Origin: a virus
Length of the DNA: 64,000 bases
Virus record (IMG/VR): IMGVR_UViG_3300014720_000016
Reading direction: 5' to 3' (one strand)
Shown piece after piece: positions 38,119 to 48,162 of this stretch. Below the pieces are notes generated by a model. The model ran no database searches. It saw only the letters and a program-made list of their open reading frames with translations, and was not told where the DNA came from. The first letter of the stretch is position 1; every line of letters begins with the position of its first letter. Both the position numbers and the translations under genes were made by a program.

Positions 38119-38173
38119 TTGCTTCCTTTTGCGCCACTAGCGCCGCGATAAATAACTGGACAAGCTGGCTGAA

Positions 38174-38680
38174 TCAGATGCCGCTGCTGCCAAAGCCGCC
38201 TGTGCCACGGGTATTGTGCCGGGCCTTGCTTTGGTTATCAAACTCTTCATCAGAAACCCAGAAGCAATCCATCTGCTCTAGGCGCATTGGAATAAGCTGA
38301 CCAACCCGGTCGCCATGGTTGATGGTAATCGTCGCTTCATTTGGCGGAAGATACTTGCCGGCCAACATCATGGCGCCCTCATAACCATTGTCTACTACTC
38401 CTACTAGGCATACTAGATGTAGCTTAGCAAAGGTGCTGCTGCGGGGATTCAGCTGTAGCCACCAGCCCGGGGGCGCAATGGTGCGAATTCCTAGGTCAAT
38501 CTTGAAGGCCTGATCAGGATGCAGGGTGATAGAGCTCGGCTGGCCCTGATCATCTAGGATGCACGCCTTTACGTCATAGCCGGTATCATTAGCGTTCTGC
38601 TTGCTTGGCAGGAAGCTGCCATCAACGTGGTCGCTTAGGACTGAGCGGCAAAAGATAAATTGTGGTACTAGCTGGCTCAA
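38174..38680 (-). CDS. dut: dUTPase
   Basis: GYDV, PRSS, GVVDNGYEG, GDRVGQL, RGTGGFGSSG. Confidence 0.93.
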   Translation of the reverse strand: MSQLVPQFIFCRSVLSDHVDGSFLPSKQNANDTGYDVKACILDDQGQPSSITLHPDQAFKIDLGIRTIAPPGWWLQLNPRSSTFAKLHLVCLVGVVDNGYEGAMMLAGKYLPPNEATITINHGDRVGQLIPMRLEQMDCFWVSDEEFDNQSKARHNTRGTGGFGSSGI

Positions 38681-39138
38681 ATCAAACTCCTATCTAACAT
38701 CATGGTGAAATACAAAACGCTGCTGTTGTCGTAAAATGAGTTATGGCCTACTAGATTGCCTAGGACAACTACGCTCGCCCCATCTAGTGTGCCCAGGCGA
38801 ATAGAGTCGAATGCATCTTGTACTGGAGATAGCCTTAGCAGCTTGCCTTCATCAGTGCGAAGCCAGCATGTATGTTTTCTGCTTGCGCCTTCGCCATGGC
38901 TGTGAACTTCGACCTTGCCAAGATATGCTCGGGCAAGCTTGGGCTCGGACTCTGAGTTCCAATGATCAAATGCTTCTTTCGAGCCGTATAGTGGGCAAGC
39001 GGGATCATGCCACAGGTGTTTCTCGTAAACATCTTCTTCGCTTAGTGGCGCGTTCCACGTATCCTTGCTGCACAGATCGCAGCAAATAGCCATGTCGGCT
39101 ACGTATAGCCATCGGCTTAGATATTTTACATTTAGCAT
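38677..39138 (-). CDS. Hypothetical protein
   Basis: CDLC and H.P.CP possible Zn ligands. Confidence 0.55.
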   Translation of the reverse strand: MLNVKYLSRWLYVADMAICCDLCSKDTWNAPLSEEDVYEKHLWHDPACPLYGSKEAFDHWNSESEPKLARAYLGKVEVHSHGEGASRKHTCWLRTDEGKLLRLSPVQDAFDSIRLGTLDGASVVVLGNLVGHNSFYDNSSVLYFTMMLDRSLI

Positions 39139-39153
39139 GTTTTTAATTCTGTG

Positions 39154-39492
39154 TCACTCTGGTGCGTCGAACGGATCAACCCAGGTGTCATTCTCGTAAA
39201 AGGTATTCTTCATCTTCTCGTCGCCTACAAGATTCTGAAGAGTGTTGACATCGCCATTAACCATTTCTGTGCCGATCTTTTCGTAAGTGCGCATTACAGC
39301 TGGATCGATCTCATGCTCCATGATCTCTTCCATGGTCTGGTAGTTGACGTGTGTATTAAATGTGCCGATCTTCCGCGTATAGCCTTCTACTTCTCCGCAG
39401 CGGGCACAGGACAGGGACCGTTTGCCATCTGGGTTAAAGTAGTGCTTCTTCTTGAAACCGCACTTTTCGCAAGCATATAGGAACTGTGGCAT
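39154..39492 (-). CDS. FmdB-like zinc-ribbon protein
   Basis: MPQFLYACEKCG...CARCG. Confidence 0.7.
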   Translation of the reverse strand: MPQFLYACEKCGFKKKHYFNPDGKRSLSCARCGEVEGYTRKIGTFNTHVNYQTMEEIMEHEIDPAVMRTYEKIGTEMVNGDVNTLQNLVGDEKMKNTFYENDTWVDPFDAPE

Positions 39493-39683
39493 TAGGCATC
39501 CTCGTCTGGAAGTTCTGCTTCTAGTCGCTCTCCAATTAAATTGAGGGCGATATCTTCTCTGCCGGCTACCCGGAGTGCAAAGTCCTTGTACTTGTTATCA
39601 AATACTTCAAACTTTAGAAACACTTTGTCTGATTCTTTGTCCCATTCGACGCAGACGAGACTCGCAATCTGTACGTTCTTCAT
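39492..39683 (-). CDS. Hypothetical protein (start MKNVQIA)
   Basis: Overlap-coupled on both sides. Confidence 0.55.
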   Translation of the reverse strand: MKNVQIASLVCVEWDKESDKVFLKFEVFDNKYKDFALRVAGREDIALNLIGERLEAELPDEDA

Positions 39684-40054
39684 TCTTCGTCCTCTGGCAA
39701 ATCTGGCAGTACATTGCGCAGTGCGCAAAACAGCCGGCAACTAACTCGCTCTTTAATTTCTTTTACAAGAGGATCAGCTATGAGATCCATATCAGACACG
39801 AGAATTTCTGACAAGAAGTCTATTACCGAATCGCGAACATCCTCTATCGAGGAATGCTGGTTAACATTCAGGTGAAGCAGCCAGCTTAGTTTTGAATTGC
39901 TGTCCTTTTCCAGACACGAAGTGGGGCCAGAGCTGCCAACCCTTACGCTAAACCGCAACAGGGGGTCGATTACAAGCACCCCGCGATAAGCGTCTAGGTA
40001 GGTGTTGGCTATATTTATAATGTCCGCTTCGCTTAGCATCTTCGCTCCTGCCAT
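39680..40054 (-). CDS. Hypothetical protein
   Basis: Directly downstream of motif copy 1. Confidence 0.6.
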   Translation of the reverse strand: MAGAKMLSEADIINIANTYLDAYRGVLVIDPLLRFSVRVGSSGPTSCLEKDSNSKLSWLLHLNVNQHSSIEDVRDSVIDFLSEILVSDMDLIADPLVKEIKERVSCRLFCALRNVLPDLPEDEE

Positions 40055-40062
40055 GCACCACC

Positions 40063-40100
40063 GGATCGGGGCAACCCGGCTTTAGGCCAGGCCCGTGCTG
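40063..40100 (-). promoter_or_regulatory. Repeated 38-nt hairpin motif, copy 1
   Basis: CAGCA-CGGGCCTGGC-CTAAA-GCCGGGTTGCC-CCGATCC. Confidence 0.75.
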
Positions 40101-40333
40101 CCTGGTGCCTGTCGAAACTCAACCTCTGGACGCAGCCTCTCTACAAGGGCCTGCAAGTACTCTCTTTTCTTATCCATCATCAGCGCCTTGTTCAGGTGTG
40201 CGCGAACAGCCTCGATCTGCTCCGCAGAAGGGATCGGCTTGGCTGCCTTGCCCGTGCCCTGTGTCCAGCCATCTGGAGCTACTGCATTGGCAATGGTACG
40301 GAATTCTTTTTCGCTTAGTCCCAGGTAGTTCAT
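40082..40333 (-). CDS. Hypothetical protein
   Basis: ATGA coupling; its stop codon lies in the motif loop. Confidence 0.6.
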   Translation of the reverse strand: MNYLGLSEKEFRTIANAVAPDGWTQGTGKAAKPIPSAEQIEAVRAHLNKALMMDKKREYLQALVERLRPEVEFRQAPGSTGLA

Positions 40334-41202
40334 CGCTTATCCTTTCCAAGTTTCATTCGCGGAATCCTCTTCTGGAGGCCACCCTGGTAGCCAAAGAAGT
40401 AGCGGTACATTCGACGCTGGATAGCCATGCCAGCATGGCTAAGGCAGATGTCCGAAATCCGGCTGGCTACTGCGGGTGACTGCTCGGCAAGGGCAGCCTG
40501 AGACATGTAGAAGAGGACTCGAGGCGTAAGCATATCTCGAAATTCAGAGTCGAAATAGTTCTTGTTGTGTTCGCATCCGATATAGGGAATGACAGGATCG
40601 CTGTGCCAGAACTGGCCAAGATTTAGCAGGGATAGGCGAAGAGCCTCAAGAAACGCCACGTTTGCTAGGTCAACGGCGAGGACCGCTCCGCGCTTTGCTT
40701 TTTCAAGGTCAGCGCATACGACGGCTAGCAGATCAGGGATATTGCCTGAGTCAGAAACCGTGTCTGCTGCTGGTGGAACCACTCCGCACAGATAATCTTC
40801 CATGCTGGAGTTGCCTTCTTCGCCGCCATTGCCAGCGGAAGATTTTTCTACGATATCGGCGATATAGCGCGTTCGCTTGCGGGATGAATACTCGCGATTG
40901 AGATCATTCTTGAAGGAAATCTTCAGATAAGACTTGAATACTTTTAGAAAATCAATATCTGCGTCGGCGACTTCGACAAGCCCCTTGATAGTCTCGTCCG
41001 CTAGCTGCTTCGTATGGAGCACCCCGTCATCAAACTTCTTGGAGATAAAGAAAGCTTTGGCCTGCCATTCGTCTACGCACGCCCGCGCATCAGGCACCCG
41101 GTAGCCAAGGGCAATCTTGATCAGGGCTGGTCGGATAGATTCGAAGATGTTTGGAATCTCTTCCGCCAAGCGGATGCCGTTGTTCTTTGAGCTTACTGTC
41201 AT
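40330..41202 (-). CDS. Hypothetical protein; possible divergent sigma factor
   Basis: IRPALIKIALGY..D...DE..KAF...KKFD...FKSYLKISFKNDLNREY..RKR resembles sigma70 region 2. Confidence 0.4.
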   Translation of the reverse strand: MTVSSKNNGIRLAEEIPNIFESIRPALIKIALGYRVPDARACVDEWQAKAFFISKKFDDGVLHTKQLADETIKGLVEVADADIDFLKVFKSYLKISFKNDLNREYSSRKRTRYIADIVEKSSAGNGGEEGNSSMEDYLCGVVPPAADTVSDSGNIPDLLAVVCADLEKAKRGAVLAVDLANVAFLEALRLSLLNLGQFWHSDPVIPYIGCEHNKNYFDSEFRDMLTPRVLFYMSQAALAEQSPAVASRISDICLSHAGMAIQRRMYRYFFGYQGGLQKRIPRMKLGKDKR

Positions 41203-41441
41203 TTTTCCTCATTCATTTTAACTGATTTCAGATAGAAGTTAATAATTCCTTCTTCTAGAAAGGCATCATCGGAGCCTCGAGTAATAGCGGATTTCCTGCT
41301 GGCGAGCGCAGACACCACTTCTTCATCAGAAGCAGCGAGCGCTACTAGCTCAGCTAGTGACTGCACTATGGCCGCACTCCTGAGCGCATGATTTTTGGCA
41401 AACCCGGCGTCAGCGGCAATAGTCTGTTTTAGTTCGCTCAC
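41199..41441 (-). CDS. Hypothetical protein
   Basis: Overlap-coupled. Confidence 0.55.
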   Translation of the reverse strand: MSELKQTIAADAGFAKNHALRSAAIVQSLAELVALAASDEEVVSALASRKSAITRGSDDAFLEEGIINFYLKSVKMNEEK

Positions 41442-41737
41442 ACCAAGCCGCCTTCCCGCAAATCATCCAGCACGCCGCTTACCTTTAACGCTGCGTCCGT
41501 TCCGCCATCTTCTATAACGCAGCCTTGCGCCTCCATCCAAAGGAAGGCATATTCTGCCGCCAGCAGCGCATCGGTAGTCGCCTGCAGTGTGTTTGCCAGT
41601 GACGCAATTAGCGAGGCTTGCTGGATATTACCGGATTGCAACGGCACCGAGCCGCCATTTGCATCTGTTATGCGAGCCTGGCTGCCATCAGATACAGCAT
41701 TCCACGGCAGTGGGTGATTTACGAAAATTCCCATCAT
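41438..41737 (-). CDS. Hypothetical phage protein
   Basis: HPLPW...ITDANG pattern; coupled. Confidence 0.6.
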   Translation of the reverse strand: MMGIFVNHPLPWNAVSDGSQARITDANGGSVPLQSGNIQQASLIASLANTLQATTDALLAAEYAFLWMEAQGCVIEDGGTDAALKVSGVLDDLREGGLV

Positions 41738-41982
41738 TTTGCGTGCCGGTATACGATCCTACCCTTGGTAAGGTCGTAAGGGCTAACCTCTACGTCTACC
41801 GTATCTCCTAGGGTAATCATGATTGAGTTCTTGCGTAGCTTGCCGCCAGGATAAGCGGTGATACTAAATTGGCTATCCCCGTGCTTAACGTCAACGAAAA
41901 TGATCGAGTTGTTGACGTTTGTTACGGTTCCTGTTAGGCGTACTTTATCGCTATTGCTATTGTCCATTGATCTCTCTTTCAT
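41734..41982 (-). CDS. infA: Translation initiation factor IF-1
   Basis: [28 protein letters not shown]. Confidence 0.92.
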   Translation of the reverse strand: MKERSMDNSNSDKVRLTGTVTNVNNSIIFVDVKHGDSQFSITAYPGGKLRKNSIMITLGDTVDVEVSPYDLTKGRIVYRHAK

Positions 41983-42335
41983 ACGAAAATCTTGTTATTT
42001 ACAAGCCTGGCAAAGCTAGCGGCTGTGATTGGTTCCGCGTTTTCTGCCAGACAAAAGCAGTCCATTTTATACGGGTTGTAGCTGACTTGCCGGCTAGCCG
42101 CGGGGGCGCTGCCGGTAACGGTACCCACTACAAAGGCGTGTACATTCTTCCTCTTCTCTGCCAACACCTTTAGCCGGCCCGCTTGGCGAACAACAAATTG
42201 GACATTTGCCAGCTCGATGCTCGCCACCAGGGCAATTACTAGCCCGGTTTTGCAGCACTGTACAGAGAAATTGCCGGTGTGCAGGTTTCTATAAACCCGA
42301 ACTCGGGTGCCAGGCTGTACGGGGTCAGTCGTCAT
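41979..42335 (-). CDS. Conserved phage hypothetical protein
   Basis: [33 protein letters not shown]. Confidence 0.7.
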   Translation of the reverse strand: MTTDPVQPGTRVRVYRNLHTGNFSVQCCKTGLVIALVASIELANVQFVVRQAGRLKVLAEKRKNVHAFVVGTVTGSAPAASRQVSYNPYKMDCFCLAENAEPITAASFARLVNNKIFV

Positions 42336-42672
42336 GGATTTCCTCGGCTGTAATTTCATCACTATCGCCTTCGGAGTCTGAATCATCCTCCGAGGATTCT
42401 TCTGGCAGGGAAGCGAAATACTGATCTAGCAGCTCTACCGCTCGCAGGAATTTTTTTGCATGCTGTACGGTATTGGGGGTAAATACCGAGTGCAGAGGGT
42501 TTAGCCCGTTTTCACCGCCATCGTCTTGTTCGAGGAGTCTGGCAAAATTAATGATATCAAACCCAGGATCCGATACTTGACGAATAATTCCCTCAAGCAG
42601 GATCTTTTTGCTCAATTCTTTAGCAGAGGAGTAAAGAGTCAGCTCTTCTTTGTCATCTAACTTGTTTTCCAT
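42325..42672 (-). CDS. Hypothetical protein with an acidic tail
   Basis: ORF in operon. Confidence 0.55.
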   Translation of the reverse strand: MENKLDDKEELTLYSSAKELSKKILLEGIIRQVSDPGFDIINFARLLEQDDGGENGLNPLHSVFTPNTVQHAKKFLRAVELLDQYFASLPEESSEDDSDSEGDSDEITAEEIHDD

Positions 42673-42683
42673 AATGAGGCCCT

Positions 42684-42977
42684 ATGTTGAATTTTAAACT
42701 GTTTGTCAAAGCCGATGATGAAGCTGCCGCTCCGGCACCCGAGGCTCCTGCTGATTTACCGCTTGCTGATCCTGCCGCAGAAGCTGGTTTACCGCCCGAC
42801 ATGGCAGCTGGGATGCCGCCTATGCCACCTGGAGCTGCTGTACCTGAGGTGCCAGAGAAAGATCCTATCGAGGCGATCAGGGCTCGTTTAAAGGGAGCGC
42901 TTGGCAAAGAGGCAGAAGATGAAGATCTGGATATTGCATCTGAAGACGTAACTGAAAGCGGGGTTTTCAACGGTTAG
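42684..42977 (+). CDS. Pro/Ala/acidic low-complexity protein; possible internal virion protein
   Basis: GAGG RBS; MLNFKLFVKA N-terminus. Confidence 0.6.
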   Translation: MLNFKLFVKADDEAAAPAPEAPADLPLADPAAEAGLPPDMAAGMPPMPPGAAVPEVPEKDPIEAIRARLKGALGKEAEDEDLDIASEDVTESGVFNG

Positions 42978-43389
42978 AAATCTCCTCCTGGCACATTTTT
43001 AGCAGCCGACTGAGCACCGGAATACGGTGCTCTGTTTTTTGCTCCGCGACATGCAGCATCCCGATGCCGGCGCTTTTCAGCATGTCAAGTGCATTACTTA
43101 CTGCTTGATTTTCTAGTAAGCCTTCGATTGCAGGCGACCGCATGGCCAACTGGCCAGTAAGGGCCGGAGTGGTTATCAGTAGCCGGGCCACGTCACGCAG
43201 AACCTGCTCATTCTCTAGCGAGATATCACTAAGTAGCGCCGCGATTCGCTGCGCGTCCTCTCTCATGCTTGCAGGAGGTTCCTCGTCCGCAGACTCAAGA
43301 GCAGCAACAATACGCGGGAGAGGAAACTCTTTCATAAGGGCATATGCAATCTTCAAACTCACGACTTTCGTTCCTTTATCATTTGCCAA
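42967..43389 (-). CDS. Hypothetical protein
   Basis: Follows the FtsK-like gene. Confidence 0.55.
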   Translation of the reverse strand: MANDKGTKVVSLKIAYALMKEFPLPRIVAALESADEEPPASMREDAQRIAALLSDISLENEQVLRDVARLLITTPALTGQLAMRSPAIEGLLENQAVSNALDMLKSAGIGMLHVAEQKTEHRIPVLSRLLKMCQEEISNR

Positions 43390-44375
43390 ATCGACTTGGG
43401 TGCGACCTCAATCGCACCTGAATTCATCATGTAGCCACGGAATCGCAGGCTTTCGCCTGACTCAGAAATACAAATTCCATCGCCCATCCCAGATAGATTT
43501 TCTGCTCCAGCAGTATCTAAGATAACCCGACTTGCGACAGCACTAGCTGTTCTAAATGCAACCCTGACAGGGAAGTTGGCTTTAAGTTCGCCGTTAAGCA
43601 GTTTGGCGGTTGGCGTCTGGGTTGCGCATATGGTATGGATCCCTGCTGCCCGCCCCTTCTGAGCCAGCCGCTGCATTGGTTCAAGGAACCGCTCTTTGTG
43701 TCGCCCAACTAGGTCAGCCAGCTCGTCCACTACCAGTACGACTGGATCCATTTTTTTGCCGGTTGTTTCATTCAGCCGGATTATGTCGGCTACACCAAGT
43801 TCAGCCATTTTCTGATACCGCAACTCCATGCGACCTACCAGGTCGTTCATTGCAGTAAGCACCTGGGCATCGGTCGTCAAGTGCTGGAACTTGCCGTTAC
43901 CTTTGTAGCCAGCGAACTCGCCCCATTTTGGGTCAATAGCAATAACGCTCATCTGCTGCTTAAGCGCCCACCGGATTGCCCCATTCATCCAATAGGTCTT
44001 GCCGCTGCCAGTGGTGCCCGCGACCATAATATGCGGAGCCTTGGGCAGATAGATGTTGCGATGAGTGCCGTTGGTCGCGACTCCCAGCGGAACGCAATAA
44101 AACGAAGGCCGGATCGGCAGCAGCATGCTGCTAATTCCGGTATGAAGCCAGCTGATCTTTATCTTGCCTTCGCTATAGACTGGAGATACCTGAGCCACGC
44201 CGACGCTGCTGACGAACAGTGAAAAGTCTTTTGCAATACGCTCGACTGAGGCCAGCTTGGTGCCGACGTCAGGGCAAAAGGTAAGAGTATTTTCGTATTT
44301 TTCCTGTACCAGATTGAAGTCCCGCCCCTGTATCTTATTTAGCCTCAAAAAGGCAATCAGTTTATCCATTGACAC
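43359..44375 (-). CDS. FtsK/SpoIIIE-family ATPase (motor domain only)
   Basis: PHIMVAGTTGSGKT, IDPK, MELRY, VVDELADL, AQKGRAAGIH, ATQ, SRVILD..GAE.L.G.GD. Confidence 0.9.
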   Translation of the reverse strand: MSMDKLIAFLRLNKIQGRDFNLVQEKYENTLTFCPDVGTKLASVERIAKDFSLFVSSVGVAQVSPVYSEGKIKISWLHTGISSMLLPIRPSFYCVPLGVATNGTHRNIYLPKAPHIMVAGTTGSGKTYWMNGAIRWALKQQMSVIAIDPKWGEFAGYKGNGKFQHLTTDAQVLTAMNDLVGRMELRYQKMAELGVADIIRLNETTGKKMDPVVLVVDELADLVGRHKERFLEPMQRLAQKGRAAGIHTICATQTPTAKLLNGELKANFPVRVAFRTASAVASRVILDTAGAENLSGMGDGICISESGESLRFRGYMMNSGAIEVAPKSIWQMIKERKS

Positions 44376-44532
44376 CTTGAACGCACCAAGTGCGCATCTC
44401 TAACACTGAGATTATTCTCCAGATAAAGTCGCCGTTAATCGTAAAAGCCCTTTGCAAAGCCATTTGGTGACTTGCTGGTTTTCATTCAATAGAATGACAA
44501 TCGGTAAAATCTCATTCCAAGGCGGAGTCGCA

Positions 44533-45699
44533 ATGTTTACTCTATTTAAAAAAGCAAATGATGCCACGAATCCTGGGCGAACAAATATTAAGCGCACTCC
44601 GTATGTAGACGAAGAAAAACAAGAGATCCGTAGTATACTATCTGAATACTCCGCCTCTGACGCACAAATAGGTAGCCCGTCATCTTTTGGAAAACTTTAC
44701 TCCGGCACAAAAAATGGCAATCAGGTGGCCATAAAAATAGAACCGCGCGACACTGATTCTCATGAGCACGACACACTAAAGCTTGTTCAGCATTTGCGCA
44801 CAATAGCACCAGAGAACATTAAAAAGCATCTGCCCATAGTCTATAAAGTTGCCGGCGGCAAGCGTTTCACATGGTATGTCATGGAGCTGCTACAAAAACT
44901 GCCAGAAGGCATACAGGAAGAACTGGCCGGAATAGAGTACGAGCTTAACCACTCTGGCATACAAATTAGAAAAAAACCGAACGAGAGCGAGGACGATTTC
45001 TTAAAAAGACTCGAGCAATACAAGCAAGACATACACGATGCATTGCACGCTGGCCCCGAAGAGATAAATGTTAATTCCGATTCTATCAACATCAACCTGG
45101 CCGACCCACGCTTGGCCGATGTCAGACTGGTCGAAGCAGCATTTGACAAGTGGTATACTACAAACGAGCAGCGCAGAGAGGTGTTTGATTCTGTTTGGTT
45201 TGAGCAGGATCCCGATGATTATACCTCGGCCTCCACTACCGGTGCTGACAAGGAAGGCGTGTTCCGTGACAAAATAAAAAAGGCAATCGTTGCCGATCTA
45301 ACTAATCATAGCACAAGCGGAATGATCAGTATCAAGGCTTTTGCAAAGCGGGTAACTGATGCTGTGGCGGCTACGATGAGTGGGCCGGTAGAAGCTGAAG
45401 CATGGGAAGAGATCCGATCAACAATTCCAGAGCTAATATTCGCGATAGTTAGGACCAACTGGATTCCTAGGTTCGACCCTAGCCATAATGCAGGTGGCAG
45501 GTACGAGTCGCTAGGTCGATCCATGGATCATTTACCCGAAGACGATCTTAAATCTAGGCTTCTCACTACACTTATGTGGCTGTCCGGGCACGGCTTAAAA
45601 TGGGGCGATGTTCACTCCGGCAATATAATGATGAGACCATCAACTGGTGATGTAGTAATCATTGATTACGGCCTGTATCGATTTGTCGTTCCAGGTTAA
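44533..45699 (+). CDS. Ser/Thr protein kinase-like protein with a large insertion
   Basis: GSPSSFGKLY, VAIKI, YVMELL, GDVHSGNIM, IIDYG; GGAG RBS before MFTLFKKA. Confidence 0.75.
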   Translation: MFTLFKKANDATNPGRTNIKRTPYVDEEKQEIRSILSEYSASDAQIGSPSSFGKLYSGTKNGNQVAIKIEPRDTDSHEHDTLKLVQHLRTIAPENIKKHLPIVYKVAGGKRFTWYVMELLQKLPEGIQEELAGIEYELNHSGIQIRKKPNESEDDFLKRLEQYKQDIHDALHAGPEEINVNSDSININLADPRLADVRLVEAAFDKWYTTNEQRREVFDSVWFEQDPDDYTSASTTGADKEGVFRDKIKKAIVADLTNHSTSGMISIKAFAKRVTDAVAATMSGPVEAEAWEEIRSTIPELIFAIVRTNWIPRFDPSHNAGGRYESLGRSMDHLPEDDLKSRLLTTLMWLSGHGLKWGDVHSGNIMMRPSTGDVVIIDYGLYRFVVPG

Positions 45700-45715
45700 A
45701 AGGCGCCGCCCACCT

Positions 45716-46432
45716 TTAATACAGATAAAAAGCCGTGCAGCTAGTTATGCGCATCCCATCAGGCCCGTCACCGGACGTACAGGACCAGACAACAAAACAA
45801 CCGTCTGTGCAATAAACATTAACTAGCTTTACCTGCTCTCCGGGAAATTTCTCTTTTGCAAGACGACCTAGATTATAGATATAGGTCTTGCTTATCTTCC
45901 CAGGATACTGCTTTGCGCTAATAAGCAGGATGCAGTCTTTTCCGTTATCGTCGTGACCGGATGCTAGACCATCAATCTCAACCTGTCCAAAGCTACAAGT
46001 AGTTCGCCAGTGATCCTGTAGCCGCTGGACATTCTTTAATCCAGGCAACATGTTAAAGCAACCACTGCTCATTAGTCGGGTCATCGCCGACTGCTCATCA
46101 TTAGATAGGTACTTCTTTGCAAACTCTGGCGTCTTGTCCTGTGCCGCAATAGCAGCATCTATCTGCGGCATCTCGATCAGGTTTTGATCAACTGGGACGA
46201 ACGCATATTTGCCCTTACCCACTTGCAATATGCCGTAGTCGGAAGAAAAAGGCAGCTGCTCCCGCGAGTCAAACGTATAGCGTATATCTGCGATGTTCTT
46301 GATCGACAGTCCCAGCTCAGAGCATGAGTTCTCGAGGTCAGCTTTTGAGAAGAAATAGGAGCCTCCGGTTGGAGCGTGCCCTCCGATTAGCTTTTCCCAG
46401 CAGTGCTGAATCACTCGAGAATAATGACTCAT
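45716..46432 (-). CDS. Putative PD-(D/E)XK endonuclease
   Basis: KNIADIRY.F..R..LP, DEQ, LQDH.RT, GQVEIDG, SAK. Confidence 0.55.
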   Translation of the reverse strand: MSHYSRVIQHCWEKLIGGHAPTGGSYFFSKADLENSCSELGLSIKNIADIRYTFDSREQLPFSSDYGILQVGKGKYAFVPVDQNLIEMPQIDAAIAAQDKTPEFAKKYLSNDEQSAMTRLMSSGCFNMLPGLKNVQRLQDHWRTTCSFGQVEIDGLASGHDDNGKDCILLISAKQYPGKISKTYIYNLGRLAKEKFPGEQVKLVNVYCTDGCFVVWSCTSGDGPDGMRITSCTAFYLY

Positions 46433-46836
46433 GTTGGATCTACACCTTTCTGCGAACCGGGCCAGATTGCTGATGCGCCAGATGGTGTGCCAGCAATTTC
46501 TACGATTGAATCCCAGCTAATATAGACAAAATGCAATTTCGAGCTAAAGCTCAGGCTGCCGTATACTCCAGACTCGTCAATGCCAAAGTCTGGTATGGAG
46601 TATTTCTTGTTCCACTTCAGAGTGCCTACGCCATATTGCATCATGCTATCTGGCATTTTATTGCGTGGGTGATCGGTACGAAAGACTGTTACAACAGTGT
46701 CGCCCTTCATCAATAGGCGTTCAAACATCACGCCTTGTGGCGGCATCTCGTGAGTTTCTTCTAGCAGGAATTCTATGCTAGACAGCACCCGCCGATCCCA
46801 ATCAACATGATATACACGAGTGCCATCTTTAGTCAT
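46429..46836 (-). CDS. SspB-like ClpXP adaptor
   Basis: IPDF.IDE.GV.GSLSFS....VYISWDSI...WP. Confidence 0.6.
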   Translation of the reverse strand: MTKDGTRVYHVDWDRRVLSSIEFLLEETHEMPPQGVMFERLLMKGDTVVTVFRTDHPRNKMPDSMMQYGVGTLKWNKKYSIPDFGIDESGVYGSLSFSSKLHFVYISWDSIVEIAGTPSGASAIWPGSQKGVDPT

Positions 46837-46839
46837 TCT

Positions 46840-47277
46840 TCACTTCACCAGATCTGAAATAGCGCCTGTTGGCTTAAGTTTTACCTGACGTCTCCAGGCC
46901 TGCGTTCCGTTGACAGTAATTGCAATCTTTAATCCGCTGACATAAGGTAACAATCCGGCCACTGCACCAAGATCGCTTACAGCGGCGTCTGTCAACTCGC
47001 GACTGACTTCGTAAGATAGGCTCTCTCTCTGAGTGGCACGCCAAGGCGAGTAATAAGTCACCCCGATACTTACCTGGACAGAGGTGATGTCCCGCGGCTT
47101 ATTTACCTGCCACCTATTGTGGCGGGCGCGGGTCATCGCATACTTCATGCGTTCGTCAAAGTCTTTTTGTGACCGCAGCTTAATTTTAAGCTTGCTGGCA
47201 ATGCCGCTCACTGCGGCATATGCTAGCTTTACTGTTTCTTCTGGTTCCTGGTTGTACAGGAAGTCTTTCATCTTCAT
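46840..47277 (-). CDS. Hypothetical protein (MK-start group)
   Basis: MKMKDFLY; coupled. Confidence 0.6.
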   Translation of the reverse strand: MKMKDFLYNQEPEETVKLAYAAVSGIASKLKIKLRSQKDFDERMKYAMTRARHNRWQVNKPRDITSVQVSIGVTYYSPWRATQRESLSYEVSRELTDAAVSDLGAVAGLLPYVSGLKIAITVNGTQAWRRQVKLKPTGAISDLVK

Positions 47278-47765
47278 CAGCAGATACCGACTTTCTTGCC
47301 CGAAGCTTTCCAGCTCTCTTCATAGGCTTCCTGCGAGTGCTCGCCATGGAGCGCAAACCACGCATCCTCAGCTTCCTTGGCCTCTTTGTCGGCTACGAGG
47401 TTGCTAAGCAGGTCTGTGGCCTCCTGCTTATCTACCAGGATATTGCAGATTTCTGACTCTAGAACTGACAAGCCTTCGCTCCCAGCAGCCAGGCGCAATT
47501 GGAACTCCAAGGCAGTGCGGTCGCAAACAAGGTACTTTAGATGCACTTCGCCCGCTTTTAGATCTAGTCGGAGCAGGGGGTCGATGATCGGGTTGCTCTC
47601 ATCGAATACTGGATTTGCATCGAAGTATTTTGCGGATTCTTCAATCTTTGGCACATCGTGAAAGTGCTCAAGCAGAGCTTCCTTTTTAAAGGCCGCCCAG
47701 ACAACTCCATTGTACTTTACGGCATAGCAGCCTGGCAACTTCTCATCTGTTTCCGAAGAATGCAT
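47277..47765 (-). CDS. Hypothetical protein
   Basis: AGGAG RBS. Confidence 0.6.
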   Translation of the reverse strand: MHSSETDEKLPGCYAVKYNGVVWAAFKKEALLEHFHDVPKIEESAKYFDANPVFDESNPIIDPLLRLDLKAGEVHLKYLVCDRTALEFQLRLAAGSEGLSVLESEICNILVDKQEATDLLSNLVADKEAKEAEDAWFALHGEHSQEAYEESWKASGKKVGIC

Positions 47766-48162
47766 TCATTACTCCTTTGTTCAGGTCACTTGATTTATCT
47801 GAAAGCCAAATCCACTCTCCCCTGAGCGATACGCCGGGCATAGTTTTCGCTTGGCATAAATACTGATCGCTAGGGTCAATTAAACTTCTGCAAAACCACA
47901 GGCCAAGATAGTACTGACTGCCCGTACGAGATTGTCGTATAACATGTTTAGGCCTGCCTTTGGGATCTAGGAACCAGGTATATATGTGTTTGCAATGACT
48001 GGCTGACGGCGAGAAGCCGTAGCCTATGCTCATCTGGAATTTAGGAAATCTTCGGCGGCTAGACAATCCGACTTTTGCAAGCTCTAGCATCTCTGTGCTG
48101 CATCCCGATTGAGATAGCACTAGCAGAGGATCATGCCTCAGCAGGTAATCATCTAGCTTCAT
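47743..48162 (-). CDS. Hypothetical protein (MKL group)
   Basis: MKLDDYLLRH...G.S.E. Confidence 0.6.
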   Translation of the reverse strand: MKLDDYLLRHDPLLVLSQSGCSTEMLELAKVGLSSRRRFPKFQMSIGYGFSPSASHCKHIYTWFLDPKGRPKHVIRQSRTGSQYYLGLWFCRSLIDPSDQYLCQAKTMPGVSLRGEWIWLSDKSSDLNKGVMNAFFGNR

